Source: Tubulanus polymorphus (lineage: Eukaryota > Animalia > Nemertea). From it: a stretch of DNA of 64,000 nucleotides. Under the pieces are notes generated by a model that was not told where the DNA came from, ran no database searches, and saw only the letters and a list, made by a program, of their open reading frames with translations. Shown piece after piece: positions 1 through 13,396 of the stretch; positions within the stretch are counted from its first letter, which is position 1, and each line of letters begins with the position of its first letter. The translations under genes were made by a program, and so were the position numbers. The stretch lies in the NCBI RefSeq assembly GCF_964204645.1, contig NC_134028.1, positions 25,230,345-25,294,344 of the forward strand, read 5' to 3'.

Positions 1-80
1 GTGTTGAGATTTGACTCTGAGTTAAAACATTGAAAATGAACTAATTTCAACTCTTATTTACAACTGAGGAACTGGATCTG
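1..80. mobile_element. Degenerate partial copy of the 114-bp MITE family (cut by the window edge)
   Basis: tttgactctgagttaaaacattgaaaatgaactaatttcaactc...ggaactggatctg matches 30494-30607. Confidence 0.7.
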
Positions 81-3000
81 GGATATAAACCGATTTTAAC
101 CTCCCTTTATTCAAATATATGTAATTTTTCAACTTAATTCTCAACAGGGTGGTGGTGCATGAGCACCTCCTAAACGCTGGGTTACCACAAAAAGATGTTC
201 CTTGTCACTTGAATAAAAACGTGTCCTATCTATTTTCAACCTTAACTATTTTCAATAATTGCTACTTTCTCTGCTCCATCCTATTTCACGTGAAATCGAG
301 CGGAGCCTAGCGCATACAGCAAGGCATAGACCCGAAATACCAAAGAGAAACTTCCTCTTTGGTATTTCGGGTCCATGTCTTGCCAAACGCTTTTCTGGCT
401 TGTTTCACGCGCGTTGCTGCAAAACACGAAACATCGTTTCCCGAAACCGTATCTTGCTGTGCGCGCTGACGCGATCCAAAAAATGCCGGGAGGTTTGTAC
501 ATTAAAACACAAGAAAAGTCGTCCTCTGCACTCTCTGCCTCTCCGCGAGCTCTTGGTCTCTCAATCTCTCTCTCTCGCTCTCCTATCTCTACCTCCTCGT
601 TCGTCTCTCCTCACGGTCGCTGATTTTTGCCTGAAATGTGCTCTCTCACATTTGAGTGCTCTTATCCACATAAGCGTCATGTACAGCTGTTTTTCTCGAT
701 CTCTACACGGCGCACTATACTTAAAAACTACTCGTCACGCAATGCGTCTGTCAAACATATCAACATTAACCATTTTTGACGATATTATTACGAATGTATA
801 GCCGTATATTACGAATATACTAGAACGATCTTCAAAACGGGCAATATTGTTTTATCAGACCCGCTGACACTTTGAACGGCCATGCGACCATGTATCAGAC
901 GGTTCGCTTCTTAGCGATGTATCTTCGATATGCGGTCCTAAAACCTTTCGCTTTCTAGCAATATATCTTCGGTATGTTGCGGCATTGTGGGCGATTTGTT
1001 GGAATTATAGAATTTCCACCGACAAAAAAATACGCATAATTAGATAGTACGGTGTGAGCGAAAAAAAATTCAATGAAATCCTGATTGGCCAGAAATATGT
1101 CACTATAACCGCGTGCGTCTAAACGCCTCCTTTTCGCGCAATGCTCCCCATTTCAATAGATCAATATAAGGAGTCAATGATGTTGCGAATCCTTTAAGAT
1201 TGACTTCCTTGTCAGAGAAATATCCACGAAGCAGAAACGTGTCTAAAACCAGTGATATATCGATAAATGACCACGTGTACTTTTGCCGCTTTTCTAGTCG
1301 CTATAGAGGTTTTTAATGGACGTCACGCGCACTTTTCGCATTCGTCGTTTATTGGCCGTCAAATGGTTCGGCCTGTTTACCTCATTTGGACGTAAAAACC
1401 ACGCAGGATTCCACGTAAGACTTTGACTAACAGAAATTGCTCCAAATAACCAGAAAGATGCTGACAGATTCCTCGGAGGATTCGCGCAAGGATGAAACGG
1501 TGTTTATGCGATATTGAATCGATAATGATACGATATGAATCTGCTGCACTCATCCATATGTAAACTCGGCACACAAAGACCTCGCAGTGTTTAAACCTAT
1601 ATATAAAACAGCGCCAATACAAACTCAGTAAATAGAAGAATGTTCCTGTGGTGTAGAACATGTTTACAATCGGATAAAATGTGCAACGAGAAATTGCTTC
1701 AAACACCATCCTCGCCAAAATTAGGTTTCTTGGATTCTTCTTTTTTTTTAGTTTCGTTCCTATGGGAAAATGTTTTAGTTGTTTTTTCTTTCGGTAGATT
1801 GATAATGAACGAAGATCGAGCGTCCGTCGCGCCCTCCGGTGGGATAGGTGAAGTTGCCCTTGTACCACACGGAGACCCGGAGCAATTTGATTTCTCCGGC
1901 GTTATTAGATTCGATTACGATTACGATTTATTTACACTCCAACCATTTCCATGGTATATGGAGGAAAACTATTACACATGTATATACAAATATTTACAAA
2001 ACAACACTGAAGTGATTAAAATTTAGAGAATGAATTAGCGAGACTACCAGCCACGCAGTAACACGACGGCGGCGGTTTATTGAACTAGCCAGCCCCCGTC
2101 TGCTTCACAGATTCCTCACGCTGTTTTGTACGCTAAGTCGCATCGACTAAAAAAGGTCGATTCACGCTGGTGATTTTATAGACACTACCCGTGAACGCAG
2201 CAGCGGCGCACACCATTCAATATTTGATGAACAGAAGAAGTCGCGCTACGATTCATTCAGTAACGTCGTTTGAAAGCTTGTTTATCTGTTGACGCGATGG
2301 AAATAGCGAGACTTTTAATACAGTACGGAGGGGGCATACAAACTAAGCATGCACGATTCGTATATGAATTCAAGAACGCGCATCTATTAATTTCGAAAGA
2401 TATATTTTTAACGAGAATATGTGTTGACAATATGGTCATAATTCTTAACGTCGTATCTGACAAATATTTCGCCACAATTCTGTCGTTTGTGGTCTCTTGG
2501 TTGTGATCGTGTAATTTTCCGAGGCCATATTAAGCGACTGTCACTAAGGATTATATGATGATAGATCGTGGTGAAACTGTAGGCCTACGCGCCGTGAGTT
2601 ATGTTTAGTTGATCTCAGATAATCCGCGATATCTGTACACTGTAATTATCCCATCTATCTCTGAATCGGTTGCGAATGGTCGTAAACGTTGAAACGCTCC
2701 TCGGTTCGCCGAGACGTCTCGCCTGTCCGCCGAGGATCTATCTGCCGCAGGACCGGTCCGAGCAGCCGACCCGGTCTGGTGATTGAAACCCGGTACCGCG
2801 CCGACATCAGTAATCATTCCGTATTATTTTCGACGCCGTTAAATCCGTTATTGATTAACGTCAATGAATTATGAATTAGAATATTGTCTGAGGGGATGTG
2901 TACTACGTCACCAATGTTGGGACTAGATTCGTCAATAAACTTTCAGTTAGTTTTCTTGTTCTTTTGGTTTCTAAGTGTTGGGCAAACCACCGATTCCTTA

Positions 3001-3722
3001 ATCATCATTATATACAACACCCATGACCATATTTGTGAGATAGATATTGTATTCTATCGCTACATTCTATGGCCTTGCTATACACGATGGTGGTTTTTGG
3101 GGATATATCAGATCATCATTAATGAAAAATTGTATAGTATTCGAATTCGAAGTACTCCGGTGCCATTAGTTGTTACTCCCTCAGTGGGGATATCCAAAAA
3201 GGAATTAGGGGTAGGAATGCTTGTATAATTGCGGCCTCTGATTATGACTTACGACTAGTGGTAAAACTGACCTTTGTTCCATCAGCCCACATTATATCAT
3301 TCCATCGGTCGAAAAAATAGCTCGCTTTGCCTCTTACGGGTATCATAATGAACAAATGGTCTGTTGACGTAATGCCTGGATGTTAATTGATAAACGGTGC
3401 CATTAGTTCGCGATAGTACGAGTCATTGTGTAATAAACATATAATTATTGAAAACTATAACCATCATTTATCTAGCCAATTCTTACTCCGCTTCTGCCCA
3501 ATTAAATTGTAAATGCACAACGCTTTGTCTGCCGTTCTTGTAATACATAGTAAATGCGTAAGCGACCGTTCGCAGAGCGGGAACGATTAGCCGCTTCATT
3601 TTGATTGCAATTTTTTCAGAAGACAACTGAACCATTCTATGCGACGTGACTGGCGTTCGCTTCTATCTCCGTCCGGAAAAAGAATTGATATGTTCGGTCC
3701 GGGACAAAGTGCCAGCAGATCT

Positions 3723-3749
3723 AGAGAGAGAGAGAGAGAGAGAGTGAGA

Positions 3750-3787
<38 letters not shown>

Positions 3788-3834
3788 AGGGAGGGAGGGA
3801 GGGAGGGAGGGAGGGAGGGAGGGAGGGAGGGAGG

Positions 3835-3901
<67 letters not shown>

Positions 3902-3984
3902 AGGGAGAGGGAGAGGGAGAGGGAGAGGGAGAGGGAGAGGGAGAGAGGGAGGGAGGGAGGGAGGGAGGGAGGGAGGGAGGGAGG

Positions 3985-4027
<43 letters not shown>

Positions 4028-4050
4028 AAGTGAGAAAGAGTGAGAGAGAG
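3723..4050. repeat. Compound polypurine microsatellite (GA)n/(GGGA)n/(GGGAGA)n
   Basis: Seen directly. Confidence 0.98.
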
Positions 4051-6339
4051 AAAGCATCTCCGTCTCGTCTCTGTGGTTGATTTTAGATTATTTTAGCCAA
4101 TTCGGTCTCCTCGATGCGGGGAATCGCGCCGTAGAAAAAGAAATGCAATTTGCATTGGATTTACGGTTATTTGAATAGCCCACAGTCAGACAGGAGACTC
4201 ACTACGGAGTCTGAATTCCGATAGTCATCATTTTCTCGTTTATATAGGTCTCCCCTACTAAGATTGTCTCATGTACAATCACGCGTTCAAATACCGAAAT
4301 AATGATATGCGTTGTTTGTTGTATTTCCTCCTTCTAAAAAACGAGAATTATCAATCGAAAGACGCTTTGTAAAGTGTGGTTAAAGCCAACAATAATCCAA
4401 ACCACTTGTACAAGAGTATAATGTGATAAACTTCTTTCTGTTCTATAGCCATGGTAGGGGTGGATAGGGCGGCTTGAACAAGTCCATCAAATATTTGAGT
4501 GCCCTTTTCATTTTATCACCAAAAAAGATAATTGGCGCGTCTCTGTGCGAGAGACTAGACATCAAAGTGCCCATGTGGGACTGGACATGTTCCTTCAGAA
4601 TTAGCCCCCCGTGCGGGAGAAGCCTACGCCTAATATTGCCTTTTTGGACATCAAATTGCACTTTTGCCTCTGGATTCGCCCTGCAAGCTTACAACTTATC
4701 ATGTAATATCCAATACCTTCATCGTAAGTCACGACTGTATTACTGGACTCGGGGTTTGAATAGAGGAAACCGATCTATTGATGCTGCACATAGCGTCGTT
4801 CATACCAGATGTAGCCAATTGTCGTTCACCGTTGTTTCGAAAGTCGTAGTATCGAGAACGATATTGTAATTGACTTAACGTCAACTGGAATCTGCGCATG
4901 TTAACAACTAGTAGAGTGATCAGCGATATATCGTATAGTTTCGCTGTTGACCATAACCAGCGTAGTCAAGTAGTAATTCGACCTCCGCTAATTGCCGTTG
5001 ATAATCAAAGCTCGTGTTTGAAGAAACGGTGTGTATCGATACTTAGTGCGTGTATAACGCGAGTTTCGATGATTCTCGAACCGGTAGAACACGTTCCCCT
5101 CGAACGATTCGTTCCCAGCCGAAGATTGCCTGGATACGAGAGATTTCGAAACTCGAATAGCATCTGCGCAATCGTGTTTAGTCGCAATCAATCGTTTTAA
5201 CGAACGACCGACGGTCAATTGAAATAGAGCTTTAATCGGGTAATGATTCAAAACTATGTGGCTAGAGGACACGGTCTCCGGGAACCCTGACGAGGTCAGG
5301 TGAAAATAGCAGTCACAGCATATACGCACATCATGCGTACAGGCTCCAAGCCGCATTCATTTTAGAACGGACCAATTTTGGCGCTTTGATTAAAAGTGTA
5401 CAGATAAAACAGTAAAGGTTTTCTAATAGATCAAGATTTTCATATCCCCGTTTTTTGCAGTTGTAGCGACAGGAATGACAAACATGTCAAAATTATTCAA
5501 AACATAACATCGCAATGAAATTTCAAACGTCTGCCCTTTTGAATAATAGAAAACATAGCTCTCAGTCTGGAAGCTTTAGTCATAAATATATTTTTGCCAA
5601 CAATAAAAAATACCATTCCAGTTAAATTTCACTTCAAGATAAACATCAACTACTTGTAACTCTAACTGATTAACATAAATATCTTGCTACGTTATTTCGA
5701 GATACGTTTAGTCCCATTTTTACTTCGTGTAAAGACTAATATTTTAGTTTTATCAACATTCCTCACGAAGCCCCGTTGACTGCAGTATATTCAAACCGAA
5801 TGATAAAGCGCATTCTACTAACATTTTTACGAACTGACGTAATTTTCTTCGACAATTCGTCACCTCTTTTGAACCTTTTCGCCACCACGTGGATCGGTCT
5901 TTTTGGCCAATCGATATTGATCCGTAGGAACGGACCAATTGAGAACGAATTGTTCGCTTGGAAATGTTATAATAAATTAAAACGGACTAAAACAATGTAT
6001 TGTGAGGACAGCTTTCGCGTGAACAAGTCTAAATACATTAAAATTGATCATTTCATTAATGGCTATAGTTAAGTGTAGAAATGAAACTACTACGGCCGCC
6101 AATAGCGCATCTTCGAGTGATTTAATTACTGCGTAGAGTTATAGAAAAGAAAACCGTGGTCCTCATTTGGAGACAGTAAATTGACGAAGGACCGCGATAG
6201 CAGCTCCGACAAGCTGACAACCGACTGAGCCTGAGAGCAAGTCGTTTATTACATTTACAGTGATCGTATTACTGAGTGTGACGACGCTGCCGCTCTGTAT
6301 ACCGGAGGAGACGGGAGGGAAAAACAACGACTCGCATCG

Positions 6340-6690
6340 GGGCAGAGACGGGGATGTAGATTAAGAGAAAGGGCGATGGAAAAAGAAGGGTGAGGTAAGA
6401 GAAGGGGGACAGAGAGAGGGGGGAAGCGTTTAAAAGTTAACGAAGAATGACGAGGGAGAGAGAGGGTGGAAGATATAGGGTGAGGTGAGAAAGAGGCACT
6501 AGGAGGAAAAGGGGCGAGAGAGAGAGGGGGGAGAGGGAGCCATAGAAAGGAATGGAGGATGTAGAGATATAGTTGGAGTGAGAGGGCGGTGATAGTTGTG
6601 TGGAATGGAATGGTGTGGGGGGGGGGGGTTAGGAGATGAAGAGTGTGTGGAAGGATAATGGAAGGAGGACATTCCAGGAGATGGATCATG
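6340..6690. repeat. Low-complexity purine-rich tract
   Basis: G/A-rich degenerate sequence including a long G run near 6617. Confidence 0.7.
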
Positions 6691-8487
6691 TTGAGTCATT
6701 GAATGACGTTGTCCTCTGTAATCAAATAAAACACGTCAGGAAGATGTTGGATAGGTTACACACATTCTGAAATCACGTCACTTGTAATTGACATAATTGA
6801 AATTGACGAAATACCATCCCTACCCGACAGCCATTTTACCGTGAGCTCAAAACGTCAGCTTAAAAAATACACACACTTTCTACGAGTAAGTTGACGATGG
6901 ATATGGCCGAAGCCTGCCTGACCAAATTCTGTTTCAAAATGTTATGTAGGATTTACGGTTTTAGTTGTCATTCGGTAAAATTTTAGTCTTAAATGAAAAA
7001 CAAATTCGCTAATTTTGGTGCCAAAATCAAATGCTACAACTTAAGATTAGCTGAAAAATGTTTATACTTTCGGACTTAAGACTGTAATACCGATGGACCG
7101 AGAAGTCTCAAAGACACGAAGCTTTTCGATCTTCCTCAACGATCGTTAAAAACCAAGCTTCAAATGAATAAGAACCTACGGATTTTGACTGAACGATCGC
7201 CGGGAACCGATTGTTGGTGACTGACATGGTTTCCGGGTCAGCACGACTGACGACTCGCGCTCTATTTCAAATTGATAACGAGTTCTAACGAGTAATTTGC
7301 ATTATTTAATGGAGTTTTTCTGTCACAGTGACAGATTTTCAACCTTCCATACACGCGCGCTGATTAGACGCTCCTCGATGGATTTTCTCGCCTCCGGTGA
7401 CGAAATTCAATTCGAAATGAAACAACCTCGGAAACGACCCGGCGTCATGAAACGAAATTACGCAACACCCTAATTTGCATATGTCACCCGTATTCGAGAA
7501 ACGGTGTCCAATTTGCGAGTTGAAATTTCTAATTATTTCTTGAACGGTTTTCGACCTCAGATATCATATCGGGTATGCCGGATGAAAACATACTCGCATT
7601 TCTAAAGCCGGTATGTTTCACCTATCTCAACAAGTGGCTTATTTCATCGATTTCGACTCAGCTCATCATCAACATAACTCATATAATGTTGGTCGATTTT
7701 ATTCTTTATTTCAATCAATTCGAATATTTCATTTGAAAACTAAGCGCATTAAGTTTGTCATTTATCATCATCGATTTCGAGAAGATTATTTCATCGTGTT
7801 GTCAAATCTTTTAAAAATGAACAGTAATTTCATCTCATCGTCACTTCTGACTATATTGTCGAACTAGGCCCAGAGCCGATGTAAATCGCAGCCGTCAAGG
7901 GTCAAATTAAACCCACACACTGTGGTACTGGATCCACAGTCAAATTAAACTCGTAAAAACTGTGGCACTGAGTCTTGATTTTGTTCCTAAACTTGTGGAC
8001 TAGATCTATGTTGCACTCGACTCTGGAACTGAATACCCCATGTTCTTCCATACAGATAGATATCCGCATTATACTGATACGGTATCATAACATATCTCAT
8101 TTACAAAATATCTTCCATTATCTGTCTGGTTCATTGAGCGCATGCGCGCAAGTCCTCGCGTTTACAGGTCAATAGAATAAGCGGAAATGAAGAGGACGCC
8201 TATTGGTCGATTTATCGGTCGTCCGTCACAGGAGCACTTCCGGTTCATTGGGTTTTCTTTCTGATACGAAGTCGATGCCGAGTAGCCTTTCTCATTCCTG
8301 AACTGATTGTCTCCGGTGACGTCACATATTTTCCGTGATTTGATATTCTGCCGACCGTTAAATTTGAATTAATGTCCTTGGCGTCGTTCACGTGACGTGT
8401 TTACCGACGTCCTTGTTGTCGCGCGACTAAAGCTATTTCGTCAAATGATATATGATAAAATCAATCTTGTTACGCAATATCGATAAG

Positions 8488-8735
8488 CTTGGGAAATTAA
8501 GAAATCGGTTTAGGTCTAAAATCATCCGTATCAAACATAATAACGAAAGCAATAAGTTTTTGGTAGGATCGATTCTTTGTTTTGTTTTATCCCTTCTCCA
8601 GGACAAATGAACAATCTACAGGCTTAGGGAAAATTGAGAAATCGGTTTAGGTCTTAAATCAATCTTATCCAAATGATGCGGAAAACTATACGGTTTTTGA
8701 TAGGATTAATATTGCGTGTTTTGTCCCTTTTCCCA
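8488..8735. repeat. Diverged ~135-bp tandem duplication
   Basis: agaaatcggtttaggtct occurs at ~8501 and ~8637 with similar downstream sequence. Confidence 0.7.
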
Positions 8736-11700
8736 ACTACGCATTTAGAAAATCTCTGTTGGCGTATGTAAACGCGTATAAACATTGAAAAAAAACGTTC
8801 TTCAACATACGACTGCCAATCTAGCGGTATTAATGAGACCACGTTTAAAAAGTGTCAGGACTGAGAGATGTGACTTTTAAAACGCCACGCAGAATTGACA
8901 GGTAGCCCTTGAGTACGGTGTATTGAGCCGTGTTAACTGTACTGCGCGACTCAAGTGTAAATGTTCTCTTTGATCAGTCCTTCACACGAGTCTCTCAAAG
9001 CCTCTCAAAGCATATTACTTGATATTAACGCTGGCAACGTTCAAGAGATTCTTTATTTATCTTCTTGTCACGGCGTAACGTAAGCGCTAAAGCCTCTCAA
9101 CGCTAAACAGATCATCGATCCGAACCGCGCTTCAAAGCGCTACCGATAGACGGCGTCAGCGGTGGCGCGACGACTTATGGTTCGCTCGATTCCTCATAGA
9201 TGTCGCTGTCGTCGGAGACGTCGCTCGTTATTCATCATCGTTCGACTTTGACCTTTTCAGGTTTTCGATCAATCAAACGTGGCTTTTTCACAAATCATGC
9301 GAATCAAGTTCTCAAAGCGGAAAATGAGCACAGATGTCGGTGAAGCCTTGCGACCACAATTCACGACGCGCTTCCGAATCTGCCTTCACTATTCTGTTGG
9401 TATCCGCGGCGAAGAAGTGTGAACGTATCATTACGAATGTCAATTTAACGAAGACATCATTTTTTACTGATGATACCGATGATTCTTCGGAGGTAAAAAC
9501 TGCTATCCCATTGAGATTGTCAGAACCTGCAAATGGCTACTTTCTCGGATGGATTTGTTCACTGAGTCCTAGAAATGCCTATTCTTTTCTTCTAGCCCCC
9601 ATCCTCCAATTATCCAAGGAAGCCCCCCTCAGCCCTCTTCACACTCATATCCAACTCAGACTCAACATATCCGTCTGTCACCCGTAACGTTGATGATATT
9701 CAATCAATCACGCATCCATTTGGAGGTCGCACGACCTTATCGCACAGTCAGTAAATACCGCGTATAGCCAATTTGATTTTCCGCATGCGAAATCAAAGTG
9801 AAATTGGATATAATTATGAAATATAAAGGCGTTGTTGTGCGGGTAAATCTGATTATAGAACGGGAAATAGATGAATTATAGCTGATAGTATCAAGTGGTG
9901 ACATCCGTAGCATCAATAGCCCCTGCCTGGGATCTATGTGTATGCATATTGAGAACCAGTGCGAGTCTGCACGATCATACTTCGTCGTAGGGATTCGAAT
10001 CTGATGGCACCGTTACATGATCACCTCCTAGCGTATTTTCTCATGCAACCGTATAGATAAAGTCGATCAGTTTTTGAGAAACTGAGTAAACTATATCGAA
10101 CCGTTTTTCAGATTCTACGTGATCAGTTCCATAGTCGAGAATAACGGTCTTTAATCTCGAGAATGGTCTTAAGTTGTTAGATTGGCTATAGAGGTGAAAC
10201 GGTCTTATAGCCTGTTAAGCCTGAACCATGACTATAGAACCGGCCCCAGAGATTTAAGACCAGCCTATAACTATTTTCATTCTATAACCAATGTAACAGC
10301 AGTTCGTGATTCGCTTTTGACTTAAGTAACGATCGTACAACTGAACCCGTGGCGGTGTCTAAGGCTCAATACGTGAATGCGACGACAGCAAGGCCAAAGA
10401 AGCTCCTATCAATAACAGGTCTACTAAATCAGCAGCACAGCTTGCGAGGACGTTAAAACTTCAATTTTCACCCATCAATCACAATTTGCGCAAATCAAAT
10501 GTTTTATCGGGTGCTGAGTCAAAGACAAATGTTGTCGTGCCGTTATCTGAGACCATGATGCTCGGAGGCTACAGTTTGAGCCAGTAATCAGTGCATATGA
10601 TATGAATCATAAATGTATCCATCTCCGTTGATAATGAAATAAATAAACTCTTCCTCAAGTAACGCTCAAATGTCCTGCACGTGATTTTATTCGTGGAGAT
10701 TTTTGCGTCTAGTTTCATGGATTATTTAACTTTCAAGTGTAAAAGAACTATTCTTAGGTCTGACTCGTTTTCTGTGAAGAGCTGAATAATTCATAGATTC
10801 CACTGAACCTCATAACACGAGTCTGGCGTTCACGTATATGCTTTTAATACGACACATTTAGCATATTTTATATCGCTTTGTTTTCGGATTTGACCTATCT
10901 GTTTATATATTAGATACGCGCGGTTTTTAGAATCAATTTTACACAAAACGTTTGTAAAATGTGTATCGGTAATAGTTTTGCTTGAGGGTTTTCAATTCTC
11001 TATTCTAAAGAATTCAAAAATAAACATTTTTGTATCGATTGAATTCGACAGCCCGTGGCTTCGTACACGTATTTACTGAGCATTATAAGACCATATGAGG
11101 GTTAGCTATATTAGTGACTGATACTTCGATCTTTTTTATTTTTGTAACCTTTTAAACATGATCTGATTTCGTAACTCTAGTCATTCACATCTTTCTTACG
11201 CTATTGATTTTCCATCTTTCATCGTCAGGATTCGAACCCGATGGCATCGCGAAACTGCCACAGGTTCGCAGCTATAAGTCCATGATTACAATAGAGCAAA
11301 TGGACAGCCACAAAAAAACAAAATATGGTTGGGCTCACTTATTTTTTGTGGCGTTACAAGAATTGTGAACGGTCATACGGTAGTGTTGATGACATCACAG
11401 ACTACGCGGTTCACCATCGAGTCCTAATTTAGATCGCGAAAGGAGTAGACTGGTTGCCTGTCCAATTCTGCGCCACCTGCGTCAGAATAGGTCTAGCTGG
11501 AGGTAGAGACCGGCAACCAGTGATAAGCTATAGTTGGTATCGAATCCTGGGCGTATGACTTTCAAGATCCTTTATGTGTTAGCCATCCATTCGACTCGGG
11601 TTTGTAGTTAGATTTAGTTCGCAAAACTCGAAACCGTGTTCAACCACACGGATGAACATGTCAGGACATTGTACAATTCTATGAAATAGAGAATTATTGT

Positions 11701-13282
11701 GATGGGTGTATTTTGAAATCGATACACGAAACGGACGTCACAGGCTGCAGTCCCGACAACACTACGTACGTACATGTTATCCGTAGCCTACATGGTCCGG
11801 TACACGAGCTTCATATAGTCTCGATCATAAACATAACGGATCTTATCTCAAATCAAATGTCCGATATCATGACGTAAGATAAGTAAATTCCATTGTTGAT
11901 AATCGACTATTTAAACGTGCGCCCGTACTGTTGACATGTAACGCTTTGCGCAGTGTTGAGATGTTACAGATACCGTACGATCAATAGAAATCGATAGAAA
12001 CCTTTACGGTTATGCGATCACGTACAGAGACAGGAATTTAATTATCCAGCTATCCCATTCCTTTAGGGACCTGATATCCGCTATACATAAAGGCATCGCA
12101 TCGTGCATCTATAGATCTGAAGACGTCTATTTTATGCGTCATTTCGCCTGCAATGCCTCTCTCTCTCAGTCTCTTCTCTCCATCACGGCGTCTCTTGTTT
12201 TATTTTCTCGCTCGCTGCGAAGTGAACAATATTTGTTTGAAACCTTGAGAGAATTTGGAGTATTTCCCTAAGGACTATATATTAATACTGACTCTACAAA
12301 CAATACGTCTGGCTTGCGCGTTGTAAGCCAATTAAAACTAGGCAGATTCCATTGATTTCGGCTTCAATACATAGTATTCACTTAGGAGTGTCATTAGTAT
12401 TCTTGTCCACGGTCGCTATTGCTGCCTCATGGTTTTCTTTGCAAATGTTGCCAAGTGGGCCTTTTTTTCATTGCACATAGCAAAATCCTTTGTTACTGAA
12501 TTCGGAACATTTCGTGTCTACAGTTTTATCACGAACCTGAGAATTTTGGTTCGTCGTTTTTTTTTTCTTTTTTTAATTCCGGAAACATTATCCCCAGTTT
12601 CATTAACTCGGGCCGAGTGATTTTGAATAATATATGCGAAACATCTGAAGCAGACATCCCCGGAGATTCCGGCATCACTAATTCCAGCCGAAAAATTCCC
12701 TTTCTATCTTAGCGTGACTTTCTGGAAATGTATTAATTAATTACACTACCACTGGTTACTTCATCAATAGTCGATAAACCTAGATGCTCAACTTTGGCTT
12801 AATCGTTCTTGATAATGTGCTCCGTGTTTGTAAGTTTACTGTTAACTGCCTCGGGGTCTGTCACTATTTTTACACATATCATCAATCTACTGTCTATGCC
12901 AACCCTAGACAATTACCATGGAACTCGGATGCTCATAGTTTCCTTCGCAGTAGTTTGTGCAATCACTTTATATGGATTGTTATTTCCTGTTAATATTTAC
13001 CAGTTACGTGTACCCGGATAATTGTCTTTTCGTAGAATAAGCGGTAGATCATTACATATATCTAAACTATAGTAAATCTTCCCTAACTCAGACAAACTGG
13101 GACCGACAAAAGGCCAAAAAACGGTAGAACTAAAAAATGATGACTGTCAAAAGTCAAAAGTGTCAAAAGTGCAAGTCAGCCATGTCCGAAGTTTACCTTG
13201 GATTCGCCGTCTCTTTAAACTACAATACAAACTCGCTTTCTTATCGCCAATTCAGTCGCTAGTTGCCAGTCTTTCACATCAG

Positions 13283-13396
13283 CTGGATCCAGTTCCACGG
13301 TTGTGAGTTAGAGTTAACTCTGAGTTAAAATTAGTTCATTTTGAATGAGTTAACTCAGGGTCAAATCTTAACTCCGAACTGTGGAACTGGACCCAG
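13283..13396. mobile_element. 114-bp MITE-like element with terminal inverted repeats
   Basis: TIRs ctggatccagttccac / gtggaactggacccag. A near-identical inverted copy lies at 30494-30607. Confidence 0.85.

Noticed and set aside
259-801. 180-aa ORF
   Set aside because: TTG start, low-complexity CT-rich segment and no recognisable domain.
3596-4080. RE/RG-rich and LS/LP-rich ORFs
   Set aside because: Translations of the microsatellite.
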